NCBI GenBank assembly: GCA_028287345.1
Contig: JAQBPV010000218.1
Coordinates: forward strand, 13,681 to 77,680
Length of the DNA stretch: 64,000 bases
Source: Gemmatimonadota bacterium
GTDB lineage: Bacteria > Gemmatimonadota > Gemmatimonadetes > Gemmatimonadales > Gemmatimonadaceae
Reading direction: 5' to 3'
Below, in pieces: positions 46,135 through 55,332 of this stretch (its first letter is position 1; every line of letters begins with the position of its first letter). Both the position numbers and the translations under genes were made by a program. The notes beneath the pieces were generated by a model that searched no databases, was not told the origin of the DNA, and was given only the letters and a program-made list of their open reading frames with translations.

Positions 46135-46428
46135 ATGCGACGCCAGAAGCCAAGGAATACCACGGACGTGACCTTTGAAGCCGATATCATCGGAGGAGCA
46201 TCCGCGCATGACGCTCGGGCCGAAGGAAACTTAACGATCACCAATGAAACCGAGACCGTTGATGATGAGATCGCGACGGCCAACAGTGAAGCGTCGGACG
46301 CGGATTCTCTGGTGATCGCGATTCAGTTGCAGGCATATGCACTGTATCTGTTGCGCGGAGAGACGCACGGCGACGATGTCGCGGATTGGCTCGAGGCCGA
46401 GCGCATCGTGCGACGTCTGAGGTCGTGA
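46135..46428 (+). CDS. DUF2934-domain small protein
   Basis: C-terminal IAIQLQAYALYLLRGETHGDDVADWLEAERIV matches the DUF2934 pattern (RAYELxxxRGxxxGxxxxDWLxAE). Confidence 0.6.
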   Translation: MRRQKPRNTTDVTFEADIIGGASAHDARAEGNLTITNETETVDDEIATANSEASDADSLVIAIQLQAYALYLLRGETHGDDVADWLEAERIVRRLRS

Positions 46429-46493
46429 CGGGCGAAGGAAATAGTCCGGAAAATGGTCGTGCGTGGCATTTGTCGATGTTGGAAGGGTGGTCA

Positions 46494-47129
46494 ATGCTGA
46501 CCCTGTTGATCGCAACGGCCCGGCGAATTGTACTCGCGAGTGCATTCGGCTTATGCGCTTCGCCGTGGGCACTGGCCGCTCAGCGAACTGCCCGGGACAG
46601 CACGGATGCGTACTGGGAAATACACTGGAGCGTCGGGGCCTATATGCCCCTCGGTCAGCAGCGACTCACAATGGCGAACGCGCCATACTACCGACTCGCC
46701 GCGCTCGTCGCGCCGATCCGCGAAATCGCGCTGGTTGCAAGCACAGGCTGGGTGCCGACGCACCACCGCGAGCGCGACGTCGTCGAGTCGGTGGATATCA
46801 CCGAGATCCAAGGTGGCATCGAGGTTCGGCCCTATGCCATCAAACGAGGCGTGATCGTCGTCAAACCGTTCACTGAAATCGGCTTGGGTGCGCGCTCGTA
46901 CAGCCGCCGCGGCGTCAGCACGCCCGTCACGACGGAAGTCACGCCGGACATCACGACGCTGGCCGGATACACCTCCCTTGGACTTGCGTGCGAGTACGCC
47001 GCCACGGGCATCAGAATCAGCGTCCGTAGCCATATGTCCGCGTACGATGGTGTCGACGGCCGCTCGCAGGGCAGCATACGTCACGAAGTGAGCTTCACCA
47101 TTGGGGTGATCGCGCGTGCGGTGCCTTAA
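46494..47129 (+). CDS. Secreted hypothetical protein, probable small OM beta-barrel
   Basis: Signal peptide MLTLLIATARRIVLASAFGLCASPWALAAQ, alternating beta-strand-like pattern. Start chosen at the M preceding the signal peptide. Confidence 0.5.
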   Translation: MLTLLIATARRIVLASAFGLCASPWALAAQRTARDSTDAYWEIHWSVGAYMPLGQQRLTMANAPYYRLAALVAPIREIALVASTGWVPTHHRERDVVESVDITEIQGGIEVRPYAIKRGVIVVKPFTEIGLGARSYSRRGVSTPVTTEVTPDITTLAGYTSLGLACEYAATGIRISVRSHMSAYDGVDGRSQGSIRHEVSFTIGVIARAVP

Positions 47130-47221
47130 GAAGCACCTCGGGGGAATCGCAGCCCCTCTCTAAGGCTTGGAGTCCGTTCATCGATAACCAGATCGCTCGA
47201 AGACCATTGGCAGTGTGAGCC

Positions 47222-47863
47222 ATGTCGACCAAGGTTCTTGTGGTCTACTACAGTCTGCACGGTCACGTCGAGGCGCTCGCCAATGCTGTCGGCGCTGGTG
47301 CGGAGGCGGTACGCAACACCGAGGTGCGCATCCGCCGCGTTCGGGATCTGGACGCCAAGCCGACGGAGAGCTCCGTTCCGTTCGCGACACACGATGACCT
47401 GCGCTGGGCCGACGGAATCGCCTGGGGCACGCCGACCCGCTACGGCGTCATGGCAACGCCGTTGAAGCGCTTCCTCGACGGAATGGTCGACCTTTGGCTG
47501 CGTGGTGAGCTCGAAGATAAACCGACCGGTGTCTTCACGAGCTCCGCGTCGATTCACGGAGGGCAGGAGTCGACGATCCTCACGACGCTCGTGCCGTTGC
47601 TGCACTTCGGGATGATCTTCGTTGGAACGCCGTATGTGCAGAATCCGCAGATTCTCACCACTGATGCGATCGGCGGGTCGCCCTACGGGCCTTCGGCGAT
47701 CGCTGGGCCTGACGGCACGCGTGGCGTGCTGCCGGTCGAACTGCTGACAGCGAAGAATCTGGGAGTGCGAATCGCGCGTGTTGCGTCGGCACTCAAGATC
47801 GTTCGCATCACGACGACCCAGCGGCCAGTCGACGTGCCAGCATACGTGGACGAGCACGAGTGA
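47222..47863 (+). CDS. wrbA: NAD(P)H:quinone oxidoreductase, type IV (WrbA flavodoxin-like)
   Basis: MSTKVLVVYYSLHGHVEALA..., GTPTRYG, SSASIHGGQESTILT blocks are characteristic of WrbA. Confidence 0.85.
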   Translation: MSTKVLVVYYSLHGHVEALANAVGAGAEAVRNTEVRIRRVRDLDAKPTESSVPFATHDDLRWADGIAWGTPTRYGVMATPLKRFLDGMVDLWLRGELEDKPTGVFTSSASIHGGQESTILTTLVPLLHFGMIFVGTPYVQNPQILTTDAIGGSPYGPSAIAGPDGTRGVLPVELLTAKNLGVRIARVASALKIVRITTTQRPVDVPAYVDEHE

Positions 47864-48045
47864 CCCACCCCATATACTGAGCTTCCACCGATTTGATGGA
47901 CACCTCATTAGCCCTGATATTCAGGGTGGAGGTGGTGAATGGTCAAATCGAAACGAACGCGTCGTGGGTTCAGTCCCGAGTTCATGGACCGTCGAGGGTG
48001 AACGTCGTGCGATGGTCCGCGATTGCGTTTGCGGAGAAGGGCGAC

Positions 48046-48660
48046 ATGTTACGCGGCATGCGTGTCCCTTTCCTAGCCGCAATCGTGCTGCGCCTCCGGA
48101 ACCAGAAATCCGTCGCTCGATGAGTTTCCGCCCGGTGTCACTGGCGGTGCCGAGGTGACTTACTATGACATCAAAGGCAGCACGGCGCAGCAGCTCGTCG
48201 CGGAAATGCGGCGTCTCGGTCCCAAGCGGGACGGTATTTCGGCGAAGCGCAGTCGCCTCTCCGGTGGTCGTGGCGGACGAGGAGCAACAGCGTGAACTGC
48301 ACGCTCACGTCGGTGACCGTTCGTATGCGGTCGGACGTCACGCTCCCACGCTGGACACCGCCGACCGACACAGCGCCGGGGCTCGTCACGCAGTGGAACC
48401 AGTTCATCGATGCGCTGGAGAAACACGAAGTGGGGCACAAGGACATCGCAGCGCGTGGTGCGAAGGAGATCCTGCACAAGCTGCAAACCCTCACCGCTCC
48501 GTGCGCGACGATCGGCAACGAGGCGCAACGCGTAGCAACGGAGATCGTCACGCGAATGCGCGAGGAGCAGGTCGCATACGACACAGAGACGCGGCACGGA
48601 GTAACGCAAGGCGCGACGTTTCCCGGACGTCGCCCGAATCCCATCGCCAGTACGCCATAA
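48046..48660 (+). pseudogene. DUF922 (HExxH) putative secreted Zn-protease, at least two frameshifts
   Basis: Signal-like MLRGMRVPFLAAIVL (frame 1, stop at 48121). EVTYYDIKGSTAQQLVAEMRRLGPKRDG (frame 2, stop at 48287). RYFGEAQSPLRWSW...NCTLTSVTVRMRSDVTLPRW...ALEKHEVGHKDIA (frame 1 to 48660). Together these reconstruct one DUF922-like protein. Confidence 0.55.
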
Positions 48661-49042
48661 TACCATCCACTACCAATGGAGGGTGATGGGTTCTTCTCAT
48701 CGGATCGCGCGTCGTCGCGACAACCCGCAGGTCCATGAAGCCGCGCTCAATCCGAGGCTGCGTTCAACTGAGGACATGCTTGGGGCTCTGGCGACCTCGA
48801 TCAAATCATGCTACAATCGCCGTCACACAGGTAGTTGCGTGAGGCCAAACACCAGCTCTCGGCAGAGCATCGCGCCGCGCGAATCGTTCTACTCTTTCCG
48901 GTCGGCGCGATCATGAGCACAGCGACGGTCACACCTCCGCTGTAGAGGTCCTCAGCTAGTCGCGAAAGTTCTCGAAAGGCGCCCGCCCCCGACAACGCGC
49001 CGCGGGCCGATCGAGAATCAGACGACAAAGGAGACGGGACAG

Positions 49043-52000
49043 ATGAAGGCCGCCGTCCTGTTCGGGGCTGGTTGGGAAGACGACTCGCTAGAGGTCTTGT
49101 GGCGAGGCGATGGCCGTGCCTTCTGCAGACTCGGGCGAGATGATGCCAAGGGCGAGACGCACGCGTTCGTACCCATTCGTACAGACGCTGAGCATCCGAC
49201 GCTTGAGAGCCTCAATCGCCTCACGCATGAATACCAACTTCGAGAGTACTTAGACCCCACGTGGGCATTGCAGCCAGTCGATCTCGTATGCGAACGCGGG
49301 CAGAGCATGCTCGTGGTCGACTACGCAGGAGGCGAGCCTCTCGATCGCCTCACCCATCAACCGATGGAGGTCGGACAGTTTCTCCGACTTGCTGTGGCCC
49401 TGTCCGGCGCACTCAGTCAGTGCCATGGCCGTGGGCTCATCCACAAGGACATCAAGCCAACCAATGTTCTCGTTGACTCGGCCACTGGTCGGGTCCATCT
49501 CACCGGCTTCGGCATCGCATCGCGCCTGCCACGCGAGCGCCAGGCGCCCGAGCCTCCAGAGATCCTTGCCGGGACGCTCGCCTACATGGCGCCCGAGCAG
49601 ACCGGACGACTGAACCGCTCCATCGATTCCCGCAGCGACCTTTACTCCCTTGGCGTCACGTTCTACGAAATGCTGACCGGCGGTCTCCCATTCACCGGAG
49701 CCGATCCGATGGAGTGGGTGCACTGTCACATCGCGCGACAACCGGCCACACCGAGCGAGCGACTGAGCACCGTGCCCGTCTCGGTTTCCGCGATCACGAT
49801 GAAGCTGCTGTCCAAGACGGCCGAAGAGAGGTATCAGACAGCGGCGGGAGTCGAGAGCGATCTTCGGCGCTGCCTTTCGCAATGGGAGTCCGACGGATTC
49901 ATCGAAGACTTCGCGCTCGGCAGTCATGATACTTCGGATCGCCTCATGATCCCCGAGAGGCTGTACGGGCGTGACGGCGAGGTCGAAACGCTCCTCGCGG
50001 CATTCGATCGCGTCGTCGCGGGCGGACGGCCGGAGTTGGTGCTGGTCTCCGGATACTCCGGCATCGGCAAATCCGCGGTCGTGAATGAGCTTCACAGGCC
50101 GCTGGTCCCTCCCCGTGGCCTGTTTGCATCCGGCAAGTTCGACCAGTACAAGCGCGACATACCGTATGCCACGCTGGCGCAGGCGTTTCAGACTCTCGTC
50201 CGGCCTCTCCTCAGCAAGAACGAAGAAGACTTGCGCAAATGGCGTGATGCGCTTCGAGCGGCGCTGGAGCCGAACGGGCTGCTCATCGTCGATCTCGTCC
50301 CGGAATTGAAGCTCGTCCTTGGCGAACAGCCACCAGTACCCGAGCTGTCGCCGCAAGAAGCGCAGAGACGCTTTCATCTGGTCGTTCGGCGATTCATCGG
50401 CGTCTTCGCGCGCCCCGAGCATCCGCTTGCGGTCTTCCTCGACGATCTCCAATGGCTGGATGCGGCAACACTCGACTTGCTCGAAGACCTGTTGACCAGC
50501 GACGATCTGCAGCACCTGCTGCTCATCGGCGCGTATCGGGACAACGAGGTCGATGCCACGCATCCGTTGGTACGCAAGCTCGATGCGATCCGACAGGCCG
50601 GCGCGGCTGTACAGGACATCGTTCTCACACCGCTCTGCCTCGACGATCTCGGCCGACTGCTTGCGGATTCTCTTCACTGCGAACCGGAGCGCGTTGCCCC
50701 GCTCGCGGAACTGATTCGCGCGAAGACGACGGGCAACCCGTTTTTCACGATTCAATTCATTTCTGCCTTGGCCGACGAGCACCTTCTTTCATTCGATTAC
50801 GGTGAGCGGCGTTGGGTCTGGGACCTCAGCCGCATTCACGCCAAAGGCTTTACGGACAATATCGTAGCGCTGATGGTCGGGAAGTTGAATCGCCTGCCGG
50901 CACAGACCCAGGAAGCGCTCAAGCTGTTCGCCTGCATGGGCAACAGCGCAGAGTTCGAGCTGCTTCAGATGGTGTATCCGGGCTCGGTCGAGCGCATGCA
51001 TGACGATCTTTGGGAAGCCGTGCGATCAGGTCTCATCTTTCGTGGGGAGGATTCGTACCGGTTCCTGCACGATCGCGTGCAGGAGGCAGCGTACTCACTC
51101 ATCGCGAAAGACCTTCGCGCCGAGGCGCACCTGCGCATCGGCATGCTGCTCGCCGCGAACACACCTCCAGCGAGACGCGACGAAGTCATTTTCGAGATCG
51201 TCAATCAACTCAATCGCGGCTCGCACCTCATCGCGTCGGTCGAAGAGCGCGAGCGGGTCGCAGACCTGAATCTGATCGCCGGAAAGCGCGCGAAGTCAGC
51301 GACCGCATACGACGCCGCGCTCAAGTACTTGAGAGCCGGCAGCGCTCTCCTGACGGAGGAGACCTGGCAGCGAAACTACGAGCTCGTGTTTTCGATCGAG
51401 CACCTGATGGCCGAGTGCGAAATGCTGACGGCGGAGATGGTCGGAGCGGAAGATCGAATGCTGCGACTATCGCAGCGTGCGAGGAACCGCCACGACGTCT
51501 GTGTCATGACGCGCTTGCTGCTCACCCTCTACACCAATTGGGACAGAAGCGACCGCGGACTCGACGTGTTCCTGGAGTGGCTCCGGCGGGACGGCACCGA
51601 CTGGTCGAGACATCCGACCCGCGACGATGCGATGCGCGAGTACGCACGGATCTGGACGCTGCTCGGCACTCGGCAAATTGAACACCTCGTGGAGTTGCCA
51701 CTGATTACGGACCCCGAGGTCCTGGACACGCTGGACGTCTTTTCGGATGCCGTTACACCGTCCTTCTTCTTCGACGAACACCTGTCATCACTCGTTGTCT
51801 GCCGCCTGGTTAGCCTGAGCCTCGAATACGGCAACTGTGACGCGTCGTGTTACGGCTATGCATGGTTGGGCTTTCTTGCCGGGCCGCGCTTTGGCAACCT
51901 TAGAGACGGATATCGGTTCGGCCAACTTGGGATTGACCTGGTCGAGAAACGTGGCCTGACTCGTTATCGGGCGCGAACCTACTTGAGCGTGGGCGCGCTC

Positions 52001-54868
52001 GTGATGCCGTGGACGAAGCATCCGGCCAGCGGCCAGGATCTGGTGCGCCGGGCGTTCGACGCCTTCTATCGGGCCGGCGAACTGGCGTTTGCGGGTTACT
52101 GCTTCACCACATCGTTCGCGCTCAGCCTGGCGGTCGGAGCGCCTCTCGCGGAAGTCCAAGCGGAAGCCGAACGCGGCCTCGCTTTTTCCCGCAAGGCCCA
52201 ACTACGTCTCGTGAGTGACATCCTCAGCACTCAGGTGGGGCTGACACGGACGCTCCGCGGACTAACCGCGACCTTCGGGCGGCTGGATCACGAAGGATAT
52301 GACGAGGGCGATGCTGAGGCCTATCTAGCCAGCAACCGCAATTTCGGGTTTGTCGAATGTTTCTATTGGGTCCGGAAGTTACAAGCACGATTTCTTGCCC
52401 GGGACTACTCATCTGCAGTTGACGCTGCGATGAAGGCGCAACCTCTCCTTTGGAACACGCCATCAAACTTCGAGACCGTCGAATTTCACCTCTACGGTGC
52501 GCTCGCGCATGCTGCAGCCCACGATGCTGCCCTGGGCGACCAGCGGCAGCGACACTTCGAGGCTCTAGTTGGTCACCACCAGCAGTTCGAAGTGTGGGCG
52601 CAGCACAACCCTGTCACCTTTGAGAATTGCGCAGCGATAGTCGGTGCCGAAATCGCCCGGGTTTCAGGCCGCGCACTTGAAGCTCAAGAGCTCTATGAGA
52701 AAGCCGTGCATTCGGCGCACACCCAGGGGTTTGTCCACAATGAGGCGATCGCCAACGAGCGGGCCGGATGCTTTTACGCGGCGCGCGGCTTCGAGAAAAT
52801 TGCGGCGACCTACCTGCGGGAAGCCCGCTACTGCTATCGCCGCTGGGGCGCGGATGCAAAGGTTCGACAACTCGAGCAGCTCTATCCGCAGATCGGAGCC
52901 GAGGTGTCGATCGCCGATGCGACAGCGACGATACAGACACCCGTCGATCACCTCGATCTAGCGACAGTGATCAAGGTGTCCGAAGCGGTTTCTGGTGAGA
53001 TCGTGTTCGAGAGGCTGATCGACGCGCTGATGCGCGCAGCAATCGAGCACGCGGGCGCCGAAAGAGGTCTCCTGATTCTGCCTCGAGGAGACGACTACGA
53101 AATTGAGGCGTCGGCAACAACGACCACCGATGACGTGAATGTAGTCTTGCGTCGGGCGAGCATCACGGCCGCGGATCTACCGAGCTCGGTGCTTCAGTAT
53201 GTTCTCCGGACGAAGGAAAGCATTCTCCTGCGCGATGCGTCTGCTCAGAACCCATTCGCAGGCGATGAGTACATCAAGCGGCACCGCGCCCGGTCTGTGC
53301 TCTGTCTACCCCTCCTCAAGCAGACGAGATTGATTGGGCTGCTGTACCTCGAAAACAATCTTACGCCGCACGCGTTCACGCCGGCCCGCATGGCCATCCT
53401 CAAGTTGCTTGCTTCGGGCGCGGCAATGTCCATCGAGAACACGCGTCTCTATGGCGACCTCCAAGAGCGCGAATCGCGGGTTCGAAGGTTGGTTGATGCG
53501 AACATCGTGGGAGTTCTCATTTGGAATCTGGATGGGCGGATTCTCGAGGCCAATGATGCGTTTCTCAGCATGTTGCAATACGGTCGAGACGATCTCGTTT
53601 CAGATGGCGTACGCTGGACGGAACTGACGCCCGCTGAATGGCGCGAGCGAGATGAACGCGCGACGACCGATCTCAAGTCGACTGGGACGGTACGGCCTTA
53701 TGAGACGGAGCTCCTGCGGAAAGATGGCAGTCGCGTTCCGGTTCTGATGGGCGGTGCGCTGTTTGATGCGCGCGGGAACGATGGTGTCGCGTTTGCGTTC
53801 GACTTGAGCGAACAAAAGCACGCTGACGCAGAGATCAGGGCGCTCAAGGATCAACTCTACCGAGAAAACCTGGCGCTGCGAGACGAGATCGACCGCGCTC
53901 AGATGTTTGAGGAAATCATCGGTTCCTCCAAGACATTGAAGAACGCGCTGTCGCGAGTCGCCAAGGTGGCTCCCACAGACTCGACCGTGGTCATCACAGG
54001 CGAGACAGGCACCGGCAAGGAACTGATTGCCCGCGCAGTCCACAAACGATCCCACAGGGCTGGACGCGCTTTCGTCAGTGTGAACTGTGCCGCTCTGGCG
54101 CCTGCGCTAGTCTCGTCGGAGTTGTTCGGTCACGAAAAGGGAGCCTTCACCGGAGCTACCCAGCGGCGGTTGGGGCGCTTTGAACTGGCGAATGGCGGCA
54201 CGATCTTTCTCGATGAAGTCGGTGAACTTCCGCCCGACACACAGGTCGCGCTGTTGAGAGTCTTGCAAGAGCGCGAGTTTGAACGAGTCGGCGGAGCACA
54301 GACGATCAGAGTCGATGTTCGAGTCATCACGGCGACCAACCGTGATCTGACAGCCGCGGTGGCGAATGGAAGTTTTCGCCAAGACCTGTTTTATCGACTC
54401 AACGTATTTCCCATTGAGGTACCACCGCTCCGAGACCGGAGGGACGACATCCTGATGCTCGTCGAGTACTTCGTGCGACGCTATGCCTCCCGCGCGGGCA
54501 AGAAGTTCAGCTCGATCGACAAGAAGACGTTGGACTCGTTGCAGACTTACGAGTGGCCCGGGAACGTTCGTGAGCTGCAGAACGTGATCGAGCGATCGGT
54601 GATTCTGAACTCCAGCGAAGTATTTGCGGTCGATGAATCCTGGCTGTCCAAACAACCCGCCCTGCGACCACGTCAGGTTGTTTCGCACACGACGTCTCGA
54701 GGCGAGCCCCAAACGGAGCGGGAGATCATCGAAGCGGCACTCGCCGCGTCCCGAGGGCGTGTGTCCGGCCGGTCAGGGGCCGCAGGGAGGCTCGGAATCC
54801 CACCATCCACGCTTGACCACCGCATCAAGGCGCTGCGAATCGACAAGACGCAATTCAAGTTTCGCTAA
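49043..54868 (+). CDS. Giant multidomain regulator: Ser/Thr-kinase-like domain + AAA_16/STAND ATPase + helical repeats + GAF + PAS + sigma-54 AAA+ + Fis HTH
   Basis: A single 1,941-aa ORF. It contains: HKDIKPTN and APEQ kinase blocks; VLVSGYSGIGKSAVVNEL (Walker A) with AVFLDDLQWLD (Walker B); a long helical region; GAF (LPLLKQTRLIGLLYLENN); PAS (IVGVLIWNLDGRILEANDAF); VVITGETGTGKELIARAVH...GAFTGA; and C-terminal GRLGIPPSTLDHRIKAL. Confidence 0.9.
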   Translation: MKAAVLFGAGWEDDSLEVLWRGDGRAFCRLGRDDAKGETHAFVPIRTDAEHPTLESLNRLTHEYQLREYLDPTWALQPVDLVCERGQSMLVVDYAGGEPLDRLTHQPMEVGQFLRLAVALSGALSQCHGRGLIHKDIKPTNVLVDSATGRVHLTGFGIASRLPRERQAPEPPEILAGTLAYMAPEQTGRLNRSIDSRSDLYSLGVTFYEMLTGGLPFTGADPMEWVHCHIARQPATPSERLSTVPVSVSAITMKLLSKTAEERYQTAAGVESDLRRCLSQWESDGFIEDFALGSHDTSDRLMIPERLYGRDGEVETLLAAFDRVVAGGRPELVLVSGYSGIGKSAVVNELHRPLVPPRGLFASGKFDQYKRDIPYATLAQAFQTLVRPLLSKNEEDLRKWRDALRAALEPNGLLIVDLVPELKLVLGEQPPVPELSPQEAQRRFHLVVRRFIGVFARPEHPLAVFLDDLQWLDAATLDLLEDLLTSDDLQHLLLIGAYRDNEVDATHPLVRKLDAIRQAGAAVQDIVLTPLCLDDLGRLLADSLHCEPERVAPLAELIRAKTTGNPFFTIQFISALADEHLLSFDYGERRWVWDLSRIHAKGFTDNIVALMVGKLNRLPAQTQEALKLFACMGNSAEFELLQMVYPGSVERMHDDLWEAVRSGLIFRGEDSYRFLHDRVQEAAYSLIAKDLRAEAHLRIGMLLAANTPPARRDEVIFEIVNQLNRGSHLIASVEERERVADLNLIAGKRAKSATAYDAALKYLRAGSALLTEETWQRNYELVFSIEHLMAECEMLTAEMVGAEDRMLRLSQRARNRHDVCVMTRLLLTLYTNWDRSDRGLDVFLEWLRRDGTDWSRHPTRDDAMREYARIWTLLGTRQIEHLVELPLITDPEVLDTLDVFSDAVTPSFFFDEHLSSLVVCRLVSLSLEYGNCDASCYGYAWLGFLAGPRFGNLRDGYRFGQLGIDLVEKRGLTRYRARTYLSVGALVMPWTKHPASGQDLVRRAFDAFYRAGELAFAGYCFTTSFALSLAVGAPLAEVQAEAERGLAFSRKAQLRLVSDILSTQVGLTRTLRGLTATFGRLDHEGYDEGDAEAYLASNRNFGFVECFYWVRKLQARFLARDYSSAVDAAMKAQPLLWNTPSNFETVEFHLYGALAHAAAHDAALGDQRQRHFEALVGHHQQFEVWAQHNPVTFENCAAIVGAEIARVSGRALEAQELYEKAVHSAHTQGFVHNEAIANERAGCFYAARGFEKIAATYLREARYCYRRWGADAKVRQLEQLYPQIGAEVSIADATATIQTPVDHLDLATVIKVSEAVSGEIVFERLIDALMRAAIEHAGAERGLLILPRGDDYEIEASATTTTDDVNVVLRRASITAADLPSSVLQYVLRTKESILLRDASAQNPFAGDEYIKRHRARSVLCLPLLKQTRLIGLLYLENNLTPHAFTPARMAILKLLASGAAMSIENTRLYGDLQERESRVRRLVDANIVGVLIWNLDGRILEANDAFLSMLQYGRDDLVSDGVRWTELTPAEWRERDERATTDLKSTGTVRPYETELLRKDGSRVPVLMGGALFDARGNDGVAFAFDLSEQKHADAEIRALKDQLYRENLALRDEIDRAQMFEEIIGSSKTLKNALSRVAKVAPTDSTVVITGETGTGKELIARAVHKRSHRAGRAFVSVNCAALAPALVSSELFGHEKGAFTGATQRRLGRFELANGGTIFLDEVGELPPDTQVALLRVLQEREFERVGGAQTIRVDVRVITATNRDLTAAVANGSFRQDLFYRLNVFPIEVPPLRDRRDDILMLVEYFVRRYASRAGKKFSSIDKKTLDSLQTYEWPGNVRELQNVIERSVILNSSEVFAVDESWLSKQPALRPRQVVSHTTSRGEPQTEREIIEAALAASRGRVSGRSGAAGRLGIPPSTLDHRIKALRIDKTQFKFR

Positions 54869-54880
54869 GACCCACCAGCT

Positions 54881-54911
54881 TCGCCAAATTCACAACATTC
54901 ACCAAATCCAC
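54881..54911 (+). repeat. Tandem 13-mer direct repeat (possible enhancer/UAS)
   Basis: TCGCCAAATTCAC (54881-54893) and TCACCAAATCCAC (54899-54911) match at 11/13 positions, 18 nt start to start. They lie 57-87 nt upstream of the sigma-54 promoter candidate. Confidence 0.35.
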
Positions 54912-54967
54912 CGGATTTCGCCGGTCGAACAGTTTCTGGATCTCTCGCTGTGCCAATGACTTACGGG

Positions 54968-54983
54968 TGGCGTCCCGTTTGCG
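54968..54983 (+). promoter_or_regulatory. Candidate sigma-54 (-24/-12) promoter
   Basis: TGGCGTCCCGTTTGCG has exact GG-N10-GC spacing and matches TGGC..-N5-TTGC. The -12 GC lies 35 nt upstream of ATG 55018, with GGGAGG as an RBS in between. Confidence 0.6.
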
Positions 54984-55017
54984 TTGATAGTGGGTCAACG
55001 GGAGGCTGAGAAACCGG

Positions 55018-55281
55018 ATGACCTGCAGAATCGACCGTCATTCGACTGAACAGGGTCTAGTCCTTCACATCAGCGGTCGAATCGCAGCGGAAGCTGTGGA
55101 GGTAGTTCGCGCCGCGCTCGACGAATCGCCTGTAGTCGCCATCGAAATCGCAGCGGTAGAACTCGTCGACGGTGACGCTGTGAAGCTCCTGGCACACACC
55201 GAAGGCGAAGGCATCGAACTCAGGAACTGCCCGGCCTACATCCGCGAGTGGATCACCAAGGAGTGCGAGAGCAGTTCGTAG
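55018..55281 (+). CDS. Small STAS-like protein (anti-sigma-antagonist fold suspected)
   Basis: 87 aa: GLVLHISGRIAAEAVEVVRAALDE...VAIEIAAVELVDGDAVKLLAHTEGEGIELRNCPAYIREWI. This pattern resembles STAS/SpoIIAA-like domains. Good RBS and a sigma-54 promoter upstream. Confidence 0.5.
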   Translation: MTCRIDRHSTEQGLVLHISGRIAAEAVEVVRAALDESPVVAIEIAAVELVDGDAVKLLAHTEGEGIELRNCPAYIREWITKECESSS

Positions 55282-55332
55282 GCACGTTCAAGGCTGTGGC
55301 ATATGAGGTGGTCGTAGATCCTCTTCGCGTTC

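Noticed and set aside
49250-50782. 510-aa ORF on the minus strand
   Set aside because: It is antisense to the kinase/STAND region of the 1,941-aa gene, which has clear motifs. No recognisable domains, and composition is Arg-rich.
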